From Schmidtea polychroa (Eukaryota), in assembly GCA_044892525.1 (NCBI GenBank), contig CM097885.1, forward strand, positions 238,640,001-238,704,000: a stretch of DNA of 64,000 nucleotides. The letters are read 5' to 3'. The notes below the pieces were generated by a model. That model searched no databases, was not told the origin of the DNA, and saw only the letters and a program-made list of their open reading frames with translations. The position numbers and the translations under genes were made by a program. The number at the start of each line of letters is the position of its first letter. Within the stretch, counting starts at the first letter, position 1. Of this stretch, positions 1 through 63,045 are shown piece after piece.

Positions 1-650
1 AATTTTATTTAATTGTTACAAACACCAAACATTCTTCCATTGAAATAATTTAGTAGCTAAATTCATGTCGAATAGCCCACTAAAAGATCAAAATTCACTA
101 AAATCAATATTTTCTACAAATATTTCACCACATTTACCATCCAATAACTAACTAGAGATGATAATTTCTTATTGATTGATCAAGTCAATTATAGCAATTA
201 TAACATGGTATATCTTTCAAACTAAATAACAAATTTCAGTTGTTTCAACTTTACATTTTCGATCTTTAAAAGTTCATCAATGTGTAAATGGAAATATTCT
301 TAGAAAATATATGAAAAAATTATTTAGTCAAATTCAATATCATTACAAAGTCATCATAAAAATTAAATAATTTATCCTATCACTTGACTATTGTAAATAC
401 TCTACTTATTAACCTAACTGTCATTAAAAATAATTTTTATTTAAAATTAAATTCAATAACAAGTCAATTAATTAAATTTATCTTAGAATTAACAATAAAA
501 CCTTAAATTTTTAAATATTTTTTCAATTAACATGAAATTCACAAAAATGATAGAAATTCACTTGAATATTTACTAAATATCGCTAACATCAACTCTAAAA
601 GATTACCAATGAATGCCTTAATACCAAAATTTGCCTAAATAAAATCATTA
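1..650 (-). repeat. Dispersed repeat, inverted homolog of ~61870-62650
   Basis: Colinear matches, e.g. AAAGATCAAAATTCACTAAAAT, CTAACTAGAGATGATA, CATGAAATTCAC. Confidence 0.8.
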
Positions 651-658
651 AAACTGAA

Positions 659-765
659 GACCAGTACCCTTACAACCAGTACCCTTGCGACCAATACCTA
701 TGGGGAGTCAAAAAATCTTATCGGATAAACCCAGAGTATATATAATAAAACGAATTAACAATAAA
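659..765. repeat. Transposon-end fragment with 15-bp tandem units; inverted homolog at ~15425-15535
   Basis: GACCAGTACCCTTAC-like unit x3, plus TCGGATAAAC. Confidence 0.7.
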
Positions 766-1062
766 TCCCATCACCCTTAATGCAATCCAATTTCAATTTC
801 ACTCGCATTCTTCATTTGAAGCCTTTTAATTTCCTTTTTAATTTTATACAACGTCCTTAGCTCTCTAGTTTACCTCTCTATTGATCACTAAAGAGGTTGA
901 ACATTTTCTAAATTTTCATAAGTTTAACCCGCTGTTGATTTGGTCTATTGCTTCATATAGAAATCCTTTGAGAATAAAAACCTCATTTGTTATTTAATTG
1001 TATTTGTTAAACATTTCCAAAGCATAAAAGAAATACATGCAATACTTTTACAATAATTGGAA

Positions 1063-1135
<73 letters not shown>
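1063..1135. repeat. (AAT)n microsatellite just downstream of the LRR-Ig stop
   Basis: Direct reading. Confidence 0.95.
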
Positions 1136-1138
<3 letters not shown>

Positions 1139-1145
1139 TTAAACA

Positions 1146-3020
1146 TTAGATCTGGTCAACCGTAAATGATCGCTGACAAGTAACATTTTCATTAGGAATT
1201 CCACAATCATTTTTTTCAATTTCTGACTTTTTAATATTCATAGAATAAGAATCTGTCATTGAATTGATGTTATTACAGCCATCTTTATTATTAAAAGCTG
1301 ATTTTAAAGAGTAATAATTATTCGTAATGGTATTTTTATTATTAAAAACATAACTCCAATTATAAGATTGATTTTCCAATTCAATTGTTTCATTTTCTGA
1401 ATCATGAATGGGACAACTGTACGAGTTTCCGGTTCCATGAATCGGACAGTCTTCGTGAATAGAGAGCTGACACGAATGGTTATCGGAATCAGAAGTATGA
1501 TTTGAAAATATGCTTTCATTTACCATAAAATTTTTCACAATAGGATTTTCATTACTTTGAATTTGGTTTGAAAATGAATCGATATTAATTTTCTTCCTCT
1601 CAGCATCTTTAGCATCAATAGGCACGTGATTATTCCATTTCAAAAATTCATTATGTCCATCAGTTTTAGAAATAATCTGCAACAAAGGAGACGTAGAAAT
1701 GATATCGGAATTGCAAGTCATTAACACTTTGTCATTAACATACAATAAATCAGATTTCTTTAAAGCCTTAAATTGATTTTCATTAGTCGAACTGTTGCCA
1801 TAGAAACAGTAGATTACAATTCCAACTAGTATAATAAGCGTTATTATTCCACTAGCGACTATAATCAGCAGGAGAATTGTTTGCTGTTTTTTGTAGTCAA
1901 TTAAATTATCTTTATAAGGTATTTTGATGATTAAAGTGTAATTTGATCTCGCTGAACCGACATTGTTAGTCGTTTCACAAACGTAACATCCATCATCTAT
2001 ACCATATTTTAAACTAAAAATAGTTAAATTTGCATCGAAAATGCTTCCACTACTATGACTTAACCGTATTCTGTCCCAGTGGTCTTGAATTAGAATTCCG
2101 TTTTTGAACCACTTGACATAGGATTTTGGATGACTTTCAAACTGGCAAGATAAAGTGACATTTTCCAAATGTTTAACGACGAGAGTTTTGCCTAATCGAA
2201 GGGTTTTAGGTTTGCATTCAAATTTACTGAGAGGCTGTTCGCACAATTTTTTTCTTTGTAAATAATCTGGAGTTTCGCAAAACATAGGATGGATATTTAA
2301 TAAAATATTTTCAATTGTTGAATAAAAATGATCATTATTTTGGTTCAATGTAATAAGCCAGCGTTTGAACCACCTCATTCCACAATCGCATGCCCAAGGA
2401 TTGTCATGGAGCAACAACGTTTCCAGTTGCATTTCTTGAAATTCATATTCTAAATAATTAGGAAGGGATATAAAATTATTTTTAGCCAACGATAGTAACT
2501 TTAAATTAAATAGATTTGAAAAAGCTCCTTTTTTTATTCTTATTTCTTTCATCATTTCTTCGAGATAAAGTTCTCTCAAATTTCGTAAATCTAAGAAAAA
2601 ATGTTCAGGAATAATACCAAGTGGATTGCTTGATAAGTCCAAATATTCCAGTCTCACCAAATACCGGAAAACATTTGACAAAAATGTATTATTGCTGATT
2701 ATTAGGGCATTATTTCGTAATGATAGATATTTCAGTTTAAATTGATTTTTAAAAGCATTATTTGTGATTTTCCAAATTTTGTTTGAATCGAGAGTCAGAT
2801 TTATTAAATTTTCAAAATAGTCCAAAGCATCTTCATAGAGAATTCGAATATTGTTCTTCGACAAATCCAATATTGCAATATCTTTGTTAATGAAATTTGA
2901 TTTCGGAAATGTTATTAAATCACTTTCAATACAAACAAGAGAAAATTGTTTGCGTACACAATCTAATAAAAAATATCCCTTTAAAAATAGTGAAAACTCC
3001 CATAAAAATAGAAATTTCAT
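1146..3020 (-). CDS. Intronless LRR + LRRCT + Ig-like (I-set) single-pass transmembrane protein (LIG/kekkon/LRIT-like), 624 aa
   Basis: Hydrophobic N-terminus; about 7 LxxLxLxxN repeats; LRRCT 'LHDNPWACDCGMRWF'; Ig domain 'VTLSC..VKWFKNG..LTI..DDGCYVC..N..G'; TM 'ILLLIIVASGIITLIILVGIVIYCFY'; low-complexity tail. Confidence 0.9.
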   Translation of the reverse strand: MKFLFLWEFSLFLKGYFLLDCVRKQFSLVCIESDLITFPKSNFINKDIAILDLSKNNIRILYEDALDYFENLINLTLDSNKIWKITNNAFKNQFKLKYLSLRNNALIISNNTFLSNVFRYLVRLEYLDLSSNPLGIIPEHFFLDLRNLRELYLEEMMKEIRIKKGAFSNLFNLKLLSLAKNNFISLPNYLEYEFQEMQLETLLLHDNPWACDCGMRWFKRWLITLNQNNDHFYSTIENILLNIHPMFCETPDYLQRKKLCEQPLSKFECKPKTLRLGKTLVVKHLENVTLSCQFESHPKSYVKWFKNGILIQDHWDRIRLSHSSGSIFDANLTIFSLKYGIDDGCYVCETTNNVGSARSNYTLIIKIPYKDNLIDYKKQQTILLLIIVASGIITLIILVGIVIYCFYGNSSTNENQFKALKKSDLLYVNDKVLMTCNSDIISTSPLLQIISKTDGHNEFLKWNNHVPIDAKDAERKKINIDSFSNQIQSNENPIVKNFMVNESIFSNHTSDSDNHSCQLSIHEDCPIHGTGNSYSCPIHDSENETIELENQSYNWSYVFNNKNTITNNYYSLKSAFNNKDGCNNINSMTDSYSMNIKKSEIEKNDCGIPNENVTCQRSFTVDQI

Positions 3021-3525
3021 TGTACAGAATTGATAGAGTTGTTACATGGAAACAAAAATTTCTGACTTTTAATTAAATTGAGCAGGAAATGAAAAATAAC
3101 CAATCAATTATATTTGTGATTTAGGAACTATGATGTATCTTTTAATAATAATATCAGAAAGAACAAAATTTTATCAAATAAATCATTCTATTTATTATAA
3201 ATTTAAAAACTGGAATCTTACATAAAAAATGAATTATATTAAAATAAAATAATACGATATTTTTCCATATATAAACTTTTATTGTAAAACTTAATTAATT
3301 TAATTATAAATTCTGAAAGAAGTAATACTAATAAATTTAGTAATAAATTAAACAATAATTTATTTGAAATACATTTGTTTGAAATACATTTGTTTGAATA
3401 CATCAATTTGTTTATTGTCAAGGCATATGAGTAATGTATTTTTAATTTAAATTAACACAGTGTTACATTAATTAATATATTAATAAAGATTTTTTTTACA
3501 TTTATTTAAAAAGAATATTTCAAAA
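3021..3525. promoter_or_regulatory. Probable bidirectional promoter/5' UTR region between divergent genes
   Basis: 505 bp between divergent ATGs; contains a near-triple 15-bp repeat TTTGAAATACATTTG at ~3362-3403. Confidence 0.45.
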
Positions 3526-54164
<50,639 letters not shown>

Positions 54165-55243
54165 TTTTATTTTGACTCTAGATTGGTTTTGTTAGCTCTT
54201 TTTCATCGATGCATTATTCACTTTATTTTATACAAATTTATGGATCTCATGAATACAAACTTTGATTTAGTGACGTATTTGAGCGATCTCTTGCAGTGTA
54301 ACGTGCGGATTCTTTTACGCAATATCGTATACTATGCTTATTGTTAATTTTATTGTCTTTTTTGTCTGTCAGATGTTTTTTTCTCTAATGAAAATTTACT
54401 TATTTGTTTCATATTCTCATTACTAAAATTTGGAATTTTCCTTTTTTAATTTTATTATTATTTTAAGGCGTTCCAAAATTCCTATTTAAAAAAAATATAG
54501 TTTAAATGTTATAAGTGTGATCAGTTAGTTGAAATAACTATTTGTGTTAAATTTGTATATAAAAATCTATATTTAATTATATCACATTATATTAAAGTAT
54601 TTTAAATTAAAATAATTACATTTATGATCAATAATTGCATCAATATTAATAATTATCACTCCGCAGTTGTTTAAATTTTCAGAGAAAACAAGAGAATTCA
54701 TAATTGAAATTAATAAATGAATGTTGAAAGAAGACGTGAATTTAATTGCGTCTAACAATTATGATTATTATTAAAGAAGTAATTGGATGTGAGCCCGTAA
54801 TATATAGGTATAGTTCCTCTTACGGTAAAAATATTTACTACTTTACCGGTAATGCGGTTATTGTGCAAAATAAAAAAGAGCGAAGAAATAAAATGTGTAA
54901 ACCAAAACACTATGACGATGACAAGCGTGTGGTACTAGCCTACTCTTTTTTATTTAACATAAAAAACTACCGTTAGGCTCTCAATTTTTTTTCAATTAGT
55001 TTTTCTAATTTTTGTTGATTACAATTTTCAATTGTTCTGTCTTGTGTGGTTTGTGATGTGATGGTGATTTAAAAAAATAGTATTGGTTTTTAAATACATA
55101 ATACATACATTACATTAATAATATATCGTAATAAATACATCGAAAGATACAAAATTTCGTAAGTAATATAAGATTATTAAAATAAAATTATATTAACAGA
55201 AAATAAATATTTTTTAATAAATAGAATATTGTTTAAATAGAAT

Positions 55244-55954
55244 ATGGGTTCTTCAAATGTTTGGGAGAATTTTGAAAAACGAAAAGACAGTAATAAAGAA
55301 GCTATATGCAAATTATGTAAAAAATCTATTAAATGGGTTGGTGGTTCAACAAGTGGAATGATTTCGCACCTTAAATTTGTACATAAAATTTTGATCCAAA
55401 AGGCAGATGATGATGATGCAGGTCTAGTACTTCTGCCTCTAGATTAAAAAAAATAAATTATTAATATCGAGTTATTTACAACCAGAAACTTTAGAAGAGA
55501 TTGTGTCTAGACTAATTGCTTATTATGGCGTGAAAATTTCGTGTTTCATTCGCCAAAAAATAAATAAACTAGGATACAAGCTGCCAAAAAATTCAGCGGG
55601 CATAATGGAATTGGTAAAAAGTTATTACGAAAAAATAAAAATACAACTTGGAAAACGATTTTCGCTTTCTGTAGACGAATGGACAAGCATCAAAAATAGA
55701 AGATATTGCAATATTATTTTGTATGATGACAATGAAAATTACAATCAACTTTGGAAAAAAATAGCGATTCGCAAATATCCTCTAACTTCTTAGTTTGTTT
55801 AAAAAGAGAAATTGATAAAAGACGTAATATTAAATTATTGTCTCTCGTACAATACATGCTTCATCCAAAAAATTTGATAAAACGAAATGTTCACTTTGAT
55901 TACTGTTCAAAGTTATCGACAGTGGCATTTGGGAAAAAAATAATTTCTTTCTGA
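55244..55954 (+). pseudogene. Decayed hAT transposase (BED finger, SVDEWTS)
   Basis: VW..F..CKLC..GSTSGM..HLKFVH; FSLSVDEWTS. Confidence 0.8.
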
Positions 55955-56526
55955 TCTGGCTTGCATTTGCGAGTTGCTATCGTCAGTATGTTGTTGGGCT
56001 TTGTGACTCTAATGTTATTCCGATCTGTAGGGAACAGCTCTGCAGAATGACAACAGTATCAGCACTGTTCCCGACTGCTCATTATCTCGTTGATTTCTGC
56101 GGTGTCCAATTGTCTAATGTAGTATTTCAAGGCTCTGATTTTAAATTAATCTCTCTTCGTTTGCTCCTGGAATTACGTGTTTGCGATCATTTTCTTTTTT
56201 ATTGCCTCGGACAAGAACCATCTTGGTTTCAACTCGCGACATCGGTTCTTTAGTCGTTCGGCACTTGCTCGTTGAACCTCGTTGAGCCACTTTCAGTTCT
56301 AATTTGAAGCTCTCGGCTATTCGCTCAACTGAAAATTTAGGTGCCTCGCCATTTATGTGAAAATAAAGTTAATTTTCAAGTCCATTTCCATTTTAAAAAT
56401 GGCTTTCAAGATTTTTAATTTTAACTAAATTTTAAGGCTTGAATTTTGGTTTTATATGATTATGAGTTCATTATTCAATCTCTTAAATTTTCTTAATTTA
56501 ACATTTATATTATAATTTATTTTTAA

Positions 56527-57206
56527 CCGTTTGGGCACGGAATTAATTTTAATAAGTAGTATTTTAATATATTATTTTTTAGCATAAAATCTTTAAGTAT
56601 ACGAATGCCCGATTCCGTTGTATGATTTTTTTAAAGTTAGGCCAGCACAGCTGACCATTATACATTTTAGAGCGTCTGGAACAAAATTCGTGGTCAGCAG
56701 TGCTGGCCTGCCGTCAAGGGCGGTTCAAGAAATTTTGTCCAAGGCTAACGCCCTAGGCGAATTTTTATGAAGCGCCTACCTTAAAGAATGCCAACTGAAA
56801 CATTATGTTTTAATAATTTAAATTTCTTAATTCAATGAATAGGTATTTCATAATAATTTTTGTATTGAGTGAAATAAAAAATTTTTCCATTTCAAAATAT
56901 AATAATATGTGCAGTTTCAAAATACATAAATAATAGTACAAAATAATATAGAAGTGACAATTGTGAAAGAGAAAAATTAAAGATAGTTTTCTCTCCAGTA
57001 AAATTTAGTATTTACTAAACCGCTAAGCTTATCTGTTAAATAATGTAAAAATATTAGACAGATGCAATTTGTTAGTAAATAATTTTTTTATATATTCGAG
57101 AAATAATTTAGAAAAATATTTTTGCGCCCTAAAATATTTTGCGCCCTAGGCGGCCGCCTAATTCGCATATATGGTAGAGCCGTCCCTGCCTACGGTCCGC
57201 AAACGG
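56527..57206. mobile_element. piggyBac-type MITE with a nested hAT MITE (56715-57188)
   Basis: TTAA|CCGTTTG..CAAACGG|TTAA; inner CAAGGGCGGTTC..GAGCCGTCCCTG with degenerate 8-bp TSD. Confidence 0.7.
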
Positions 57207-58394
57207 TTAATTACTTTTCAAATTTTTTAGGAATGAATTTAACAAATTTTGGAATTATTTCGATATAATGTAAGGTAAATATATTTTTAACTATAATTTA
57301 TTAAAGAAAGTAATTTCCTGATACATCTATTTTTTACAACATTCTTTTAGAAATTTCTTCAATTTGTTGTATCTGTGAATGATAGCATCAAATTTCTGGC
57401 GATTCTCAGTAATCTTCCATAGTTATAGGAATTTTTGCCAGTTTCCATGGCAATAATTATTCGAATTTTTTCATGTTTCGAAGTTCTATCAAAATTTATT
57501 TTTTTTTAATTATTAAAAGACATCGGAACATAACATACAGACATAACACTAAGTTGAGTTAAAATCAAACACGTCCAAACATCAATTAAACAAATAAATT
57601 GAATTCACTCAACATAAAAATAATAAACACAAAAATAAACCAATATGAAACAAAAGCAAGAAGTAATATATGGAATCCGCTCAAAAAACAACATAGAGAT
57701 AAAACAAAAGTAAGCAAATTTGAATTATTGGCGATGACGAGAGATAGGAACAGAAATTAGAAAGATTTCCACAAAATAACATTGGAAAATGAAGTAGGAA
57801 TAAAATATTTACCAAATTGAAAACTAGAATATTCAAAAAAAGCCAAAATCCATCATGGTCGCCTAGTAGCTTGTGAAAATTAAGTGAAAGGCGAAAATTT
57901 AAGTAATAAATTAACAAAAACTAACCTGAAATAACATAGGAATTAAAATAAATGAGAATCGGTTAATAAAATCAAAATCTCCAAAGTCAAACGGCAAGCA
58001 TAAATTTTATAGGAGATTGGGACTTACGTCGTCACGTTGGTGTGCAGTGGGCCGTGTGGGACGAATAACTTTTCATTTTGTAGTAATATAATAGACCTAT
58101 AGCGCATAAAGACAACACATACAAAATCAACATCCAAATTATACTATTTTGTTTAAAATAGGACAATAAGAGCTCGTTCCCCTAACGTCTAGTGGGCAAT
58201 TGGAAACGAGCACTTGATCTATTCTGGGCTCAAATTCCTAACAAGCTACAATATAGACAGCAGAATTATACCAATCCTATAATTCGAAGTCATGGGTCAG
58301 ATCATCAGACTTGAATGAATACAATGAAGATAGATCCCTACCAAATTTTTCAAAGGTCAATTATATACATGAATAAAATAAGAGCAGTACCCTT

Positions 58395-59330
58395 TCAAAT
58401 TTGATAAAAAAACATTCTAACTTCAAATTTTAGCAAATTTATCCATAACATAAGGACAGACAACTCTCTTTGAGTTTTATAGTTGTCGATTATGAAATTC
58501 TTTACTTTAGAAGTGACGCCTATAAAATTTGTGCCATTGTCTGAAATCATCATTTTTTGGCATTCCTCACCTCGCTGCAAACCTCATAAAAGCCTGAATA
58601 AATGAATCTGTATCCAATCCATATGCCATTTTAATATGCACCGCCCTTGACTTTAAACATACGTTATAGCAGATATAACTTTTATTGCTCACCTTTCCTC
58701 TGCCTACTTTAGTTTCAAACGGTCCTGTAAAGTCTACTGCCGAGTGAACAAAGGCTCTAAATGGTTCTGAAATCCTGAACACTGGTAACGGTGTCAGTAT
58801 TTGATTCATTCCTTTGGCTCTACTTTTCCTAAACATTGCACATTCTGTCTTACATTGTCTGATCCTTAATTTGACTTTCAAAATCCAATATTTTTCGTTC
58901 AAAGCACTCAAGATGTGTTGCGTTCTTGCATATTGGCTCAAACTTTCATGGCAATCTTTTATGATTAATCTTGTGACCCAACTCTTTTCAGATAAAACTA
59001 TTGGATATTTTGTCTCCCATGGTAAATAATTCGCATGAATTATGCGGCTATTACTTCGGAGCATGCCTTCACTATCTAAAATTGGCGAAAGCCTCACAAT
59101 AAAACTTTTTCGATGAATTGCTTGTCCTTTTGTGATCTTCTGAATTTCCTTTTAAAAGTATTTATTTTATTCATTCCGAATGATTTTCATCCATACTGTC
59201 TCCAATTCTTCCAGAGCCAGTTCTCCTCTTTTCCGTCTACCTTTCCTTATTTTTAAATTACCTATGAAACATTCTACCCAAGTTCGAACACGTACCAGTT
59301 GTACTCTTTGTAACTTCAATTTTAGTAAAT
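58395..59330 (-). pseudogene. BEL/Pao retrotransposon integrase remnant
   Basis: LSPILD..GMLR, KYPIVL, KYWI, AVDFTGPF, RAVH, TDSFI.AF.RF, ISDNGTNF. Confidence 0.85.
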
Positions 59331-59466
59331 TTATAAATGAAATAAGGGGGGTTCCTACACAAAATCTTAACAAATAAGCGCTATACAAAAATCCATAATG
59401 GAAAATTAGCACTAGAAAACCCGAATTTGGCATTAAAATAACATATCTAAATGAATGAGTGATGAA

Positions 59467-61489
59467 AAAAATATTTCATAAAAATTTTCATTAAAAATTA
59501 TCTTAAAAATTATTCCATAAAAATTTCCATCTAAAATTATTTAAAAAATTATTTCATAAAAAATTTCATTAAAAAATTTCAATTCTCAAACACCTTCTAT
59601 TATTTTGTTAATAAATTTAAAATCTTACTTTAATTTGCTTATTACATTACTTATTTAAAAATTATTACTTTAATTTACTTATTTAAAATATTTGACCATT
59701 GATTACTTAATTTAAAAATTTGGACCTTAATTTACTTTAATTTAATTTTTTAGAACCTTAATTTACTTTAATTTTAAATTTTGAACCTTAATTAACTTTA
59801 ATTCAAATTTGGACCTTAATTTACTTTAATTGAAAATTTTAGACCTTAATTCGCTTATTTATCTTTAATTTACTTAAGTTTAAAAATATATACCATAATT
59901 TACTTTAATTGAAAATTTTAGACCTTAATTTACTTAATTGGAAATTTTAGACCTTAATTCGCTTATTTATCTTTAATTTACTTAAGTTTAAAAATATATA
60001 CCATAATTTACTTTAATTTAAAATTTTAGACCATAATTTACTTAATTGAAAATTTTAGACTTTATTTTAGAACTTAATTGAAAATTTTAGACCTTAATTT
60101 GCTTAATTGAAAATTTTAGACCTTAATTTACTTAATTGAAAATTTTAGTCCTTAATTTGCTTAATTGAAAATTTTAGACCATAATTTACTGTAATTGAAA
60201 AATTTGGACCATAATTTACTTAATTGAAAATTTTAGACCTTAATTTACTTAATTGAAAATTTTAGACCATAATTTTAATGTAAAATTGTCATTGAAAAAT
60301 TTTCATTTCTCAGGCGCCGTTTATAGTAGGTAGTTAGGAGCCCGCTGCAAATGCAAGCCTTTTTTTATGCTGCATCTTTTTTTTTGCTGCAACATTTGAT
60401 TGCGCAATTGTTGCAACTTGTTTTTTTTTTGTATTGAAAATTCTAGAAAAAAAAATAATACAATTGCGTAATAATACAAATAATAATATTTTTTTGTATT
60501 ATAATAATATTTGTATTTGTAATATTTGTATTATAATAACAAATAATAATATTTTTTTGTATTATAATAATATTTTATATTATAATAATATTTTTTTGTA
60601 TTATTACGCAATTGTATTATTTTTTTTTCTAGAATTTTCAATACAAAAAAAAAACAAGTTGCAACAATTGCGCAATCAAATGTTGCAGCAAAAAAAAAGA
60701 TGCAGCATAAAAAAAGGCTTGCATTTGCAGCGGGCTCCTAACTACCTACTATAAACGGCGCCTGAGAAATGAAAATTTTTCAATGACAATTTTACATTAA
60801 AATTATGGTCTAAAATTTTCAATTAAGTAAATTAAGGTCTAAAATTTTCAATTAAGTAAATTATGGTCCAAATTTTTCAATTACAGTAAATTATGGTCTA
60901 AAATTTTCAATTAAGCAAATTATGGTCTAAAATTTTAAATTAAAGTAAATTATGGTATATATTTTTAAACTTAAGTAAATTAAAGATAAATAAGCGAATT
61001 AAGGTCTAAAATTTCCAATTAAGTAAATTAAGGTCTAAAATTTTCAATTAAAGTAAATTATGGTATATATTTTTAAACTTAAGTAAATTAAAGATAAATA
61101 AGCGAATTAAGGTCTAAAATTTTCAATTAAAGTAAATTAAGGTCCAAATTTGAATTAAAGTTAATTAAGGTTCAAAATTTAAAATTAAAGTAAATTAAGG
61201 TTCTAAAAAATTAAATTAAAGTAAATTAAGGTCCAAATTTTTAAATTAAGTAATCAATGGTCAAATATTTTAAATAAGTAAATTAAAGTAATAATTTTTA
61301 AATAAGTAATGTAATAAGCAAATTAAAGTAAGATTTTAAATTTATTAACAAAATAATAGAAGGTGTTTGAGAATTGAAATTTTTTAATGAAATTTTTTAT
61401 GAAATAATTTTTTAAATAATTTTAGATGGAAATTTTTATGGAATAATTTTTAAGATAATTTTTAATGAAAATTTTTATGAAATATTTTT
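59467..61489. repeat. ~2-kb palindrome with tandem-repeat arms
   Basis: Arms 59467-60480 and 60595-61489 are reverse complements except for a ~119-bp difference in ~29-bp tandem units. Confidence 0.93.
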
Positions 61490-62778
61490 CAATGAAAATT
61501 TTGAATGAAAACTTTTATGAAATATTTTTCAATGACAATTTTAGAAAAAAAATTTTTTTTGAATAATTTTAGATGGAAATTATGTAAATTAAGGGATACA
61601 TTTTTAAATTAAAGTAATCAATGGTCTATATTTTAAACTTCTATATTCGGTAAACAAGGACTAAATTAAGTAAATAAAGGGTTAAATTAAAGAAAATTAT
61701 GATTATAATTATAATTAGATTTAAAGAATAATTACCTTTTCATTTAACACTACAGTGTTAATTCTTACCATTTTAGAATAATATTTTTTATCAAAGTTCT
61801 TATCTTGATTTATTTAATTTTAATTGAATGTAATGACGAAATAGAGCGTGTTGTCTTCAATTTTAATGAATTAATTTGAAAGATTATTTAGATAAATTTT
61901 TGTGTTTAAGGTATTCATTAGTAATTTTTTTTTTTAGAGTTGATGGTTTTTGTGAATTTTTATCATTTTCGTGAATTTCATGTGGATTGAATGAATATTT
62001 AAAAATTTTAAGTTAGTTCTAAGATAAATTTAATTAATTTCTTGATAATTGGATGCATTTTTAATTTTAAATAAAAATTATTTTTAATGATAGTTAGGTT
62101 AATAATCACGTGATAGGATATGACTTTGTAATAATATTTTTTTCATATATTTTCTAAGAATTTCATGTTGATTTATTAAAAAATTTAAAGTTTTAATGAT
62201 GATTTTAATTGAATTTCTTGATAATTTGTTAAATTTTAAATAAAAATTAATTTTTTTTTAATGACTGTTAGGTTAATAATTATGTAATTGGTTTAATTTT
62301 AGATGACTTTGTAATGCATTTGACTAAATAATTTTTTTCAATAATTTTCTAAGAATATTTACACATTGATGAACTTTTTAAAAAAAACATAAGCTAAGAA
62401 ACCAGTTAACTTTATCTGGGATAGATATTTTAAATTTACTTGAAATTTATGATTTAGTTTGTTATTATTGCTTGAAAATGATTGGTTGAATCGTTGAAGA
62501 ATTATGGTCAATTAATATATATCATCTCTAGTTAGGTATTTGATGGGTTAAATATTTTTAGAAAATTTTAGTGAATTTTGATCTTTTACTACGTGAATTT
62601 AGATACTAAATTATTTCATAGATGTATTTTGGATGTCGATAACAGTTAATAAAAATTCATATTTTTGAAGAATTCTCTAAGAATTTTAAGAGGATTGATT
62701 GAATTAAAGGAGGATTCAAGTGGGTAGAATTAATGGATATAGTCGGATAGATGTTTAAAGGGGTAGAAATATTTGGTG

Positions 62779-63045
62779 AGAGATCGGTTAAGCTGGGATA
62801 TTGTCGGTGAGATTTAATGAGAGATCGGATAAGGTGGGAATATATGATCTTTTAAGGGGGATATAGTTGGTGGGATTTAATGAGAGATCGGTTAAGATGG
62901 AAAAATATGATAATTTGAGGGGATATAGTTGGTTAAATTTAATGAGGGATGGGTTAAAATGGAAATATATCATTGTAAGGGAGATATAGTCGATTTAATT
63001 TAATGAAGGATGGGTTAAGATGGGAATATATCATTGTAAGGAAGA
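62779..63045. repeat. Degenerate ~62-bp minisatellite, about 4 units
   Basis: Recurrent ATTTAATGAGAGATCGGTTAAG at 61-63-bp spacing. Confidence 0.75.

Noticed and set aside
55960..56351. Possible PBS (TGGCGAGGCAC, minus strand) and gag remnant
   Set aside because: No LTR pair or recognisable domain
60434..60754. 106-aa ORF in the palindrome centre
   Set aside because: Low-complexity translation of the AT-rich spacer
62788..62973. LRR-like peptide ORF
   Set aside because: The repeat period of 61-63 bp does not keep frame; it is a minisatellite translation
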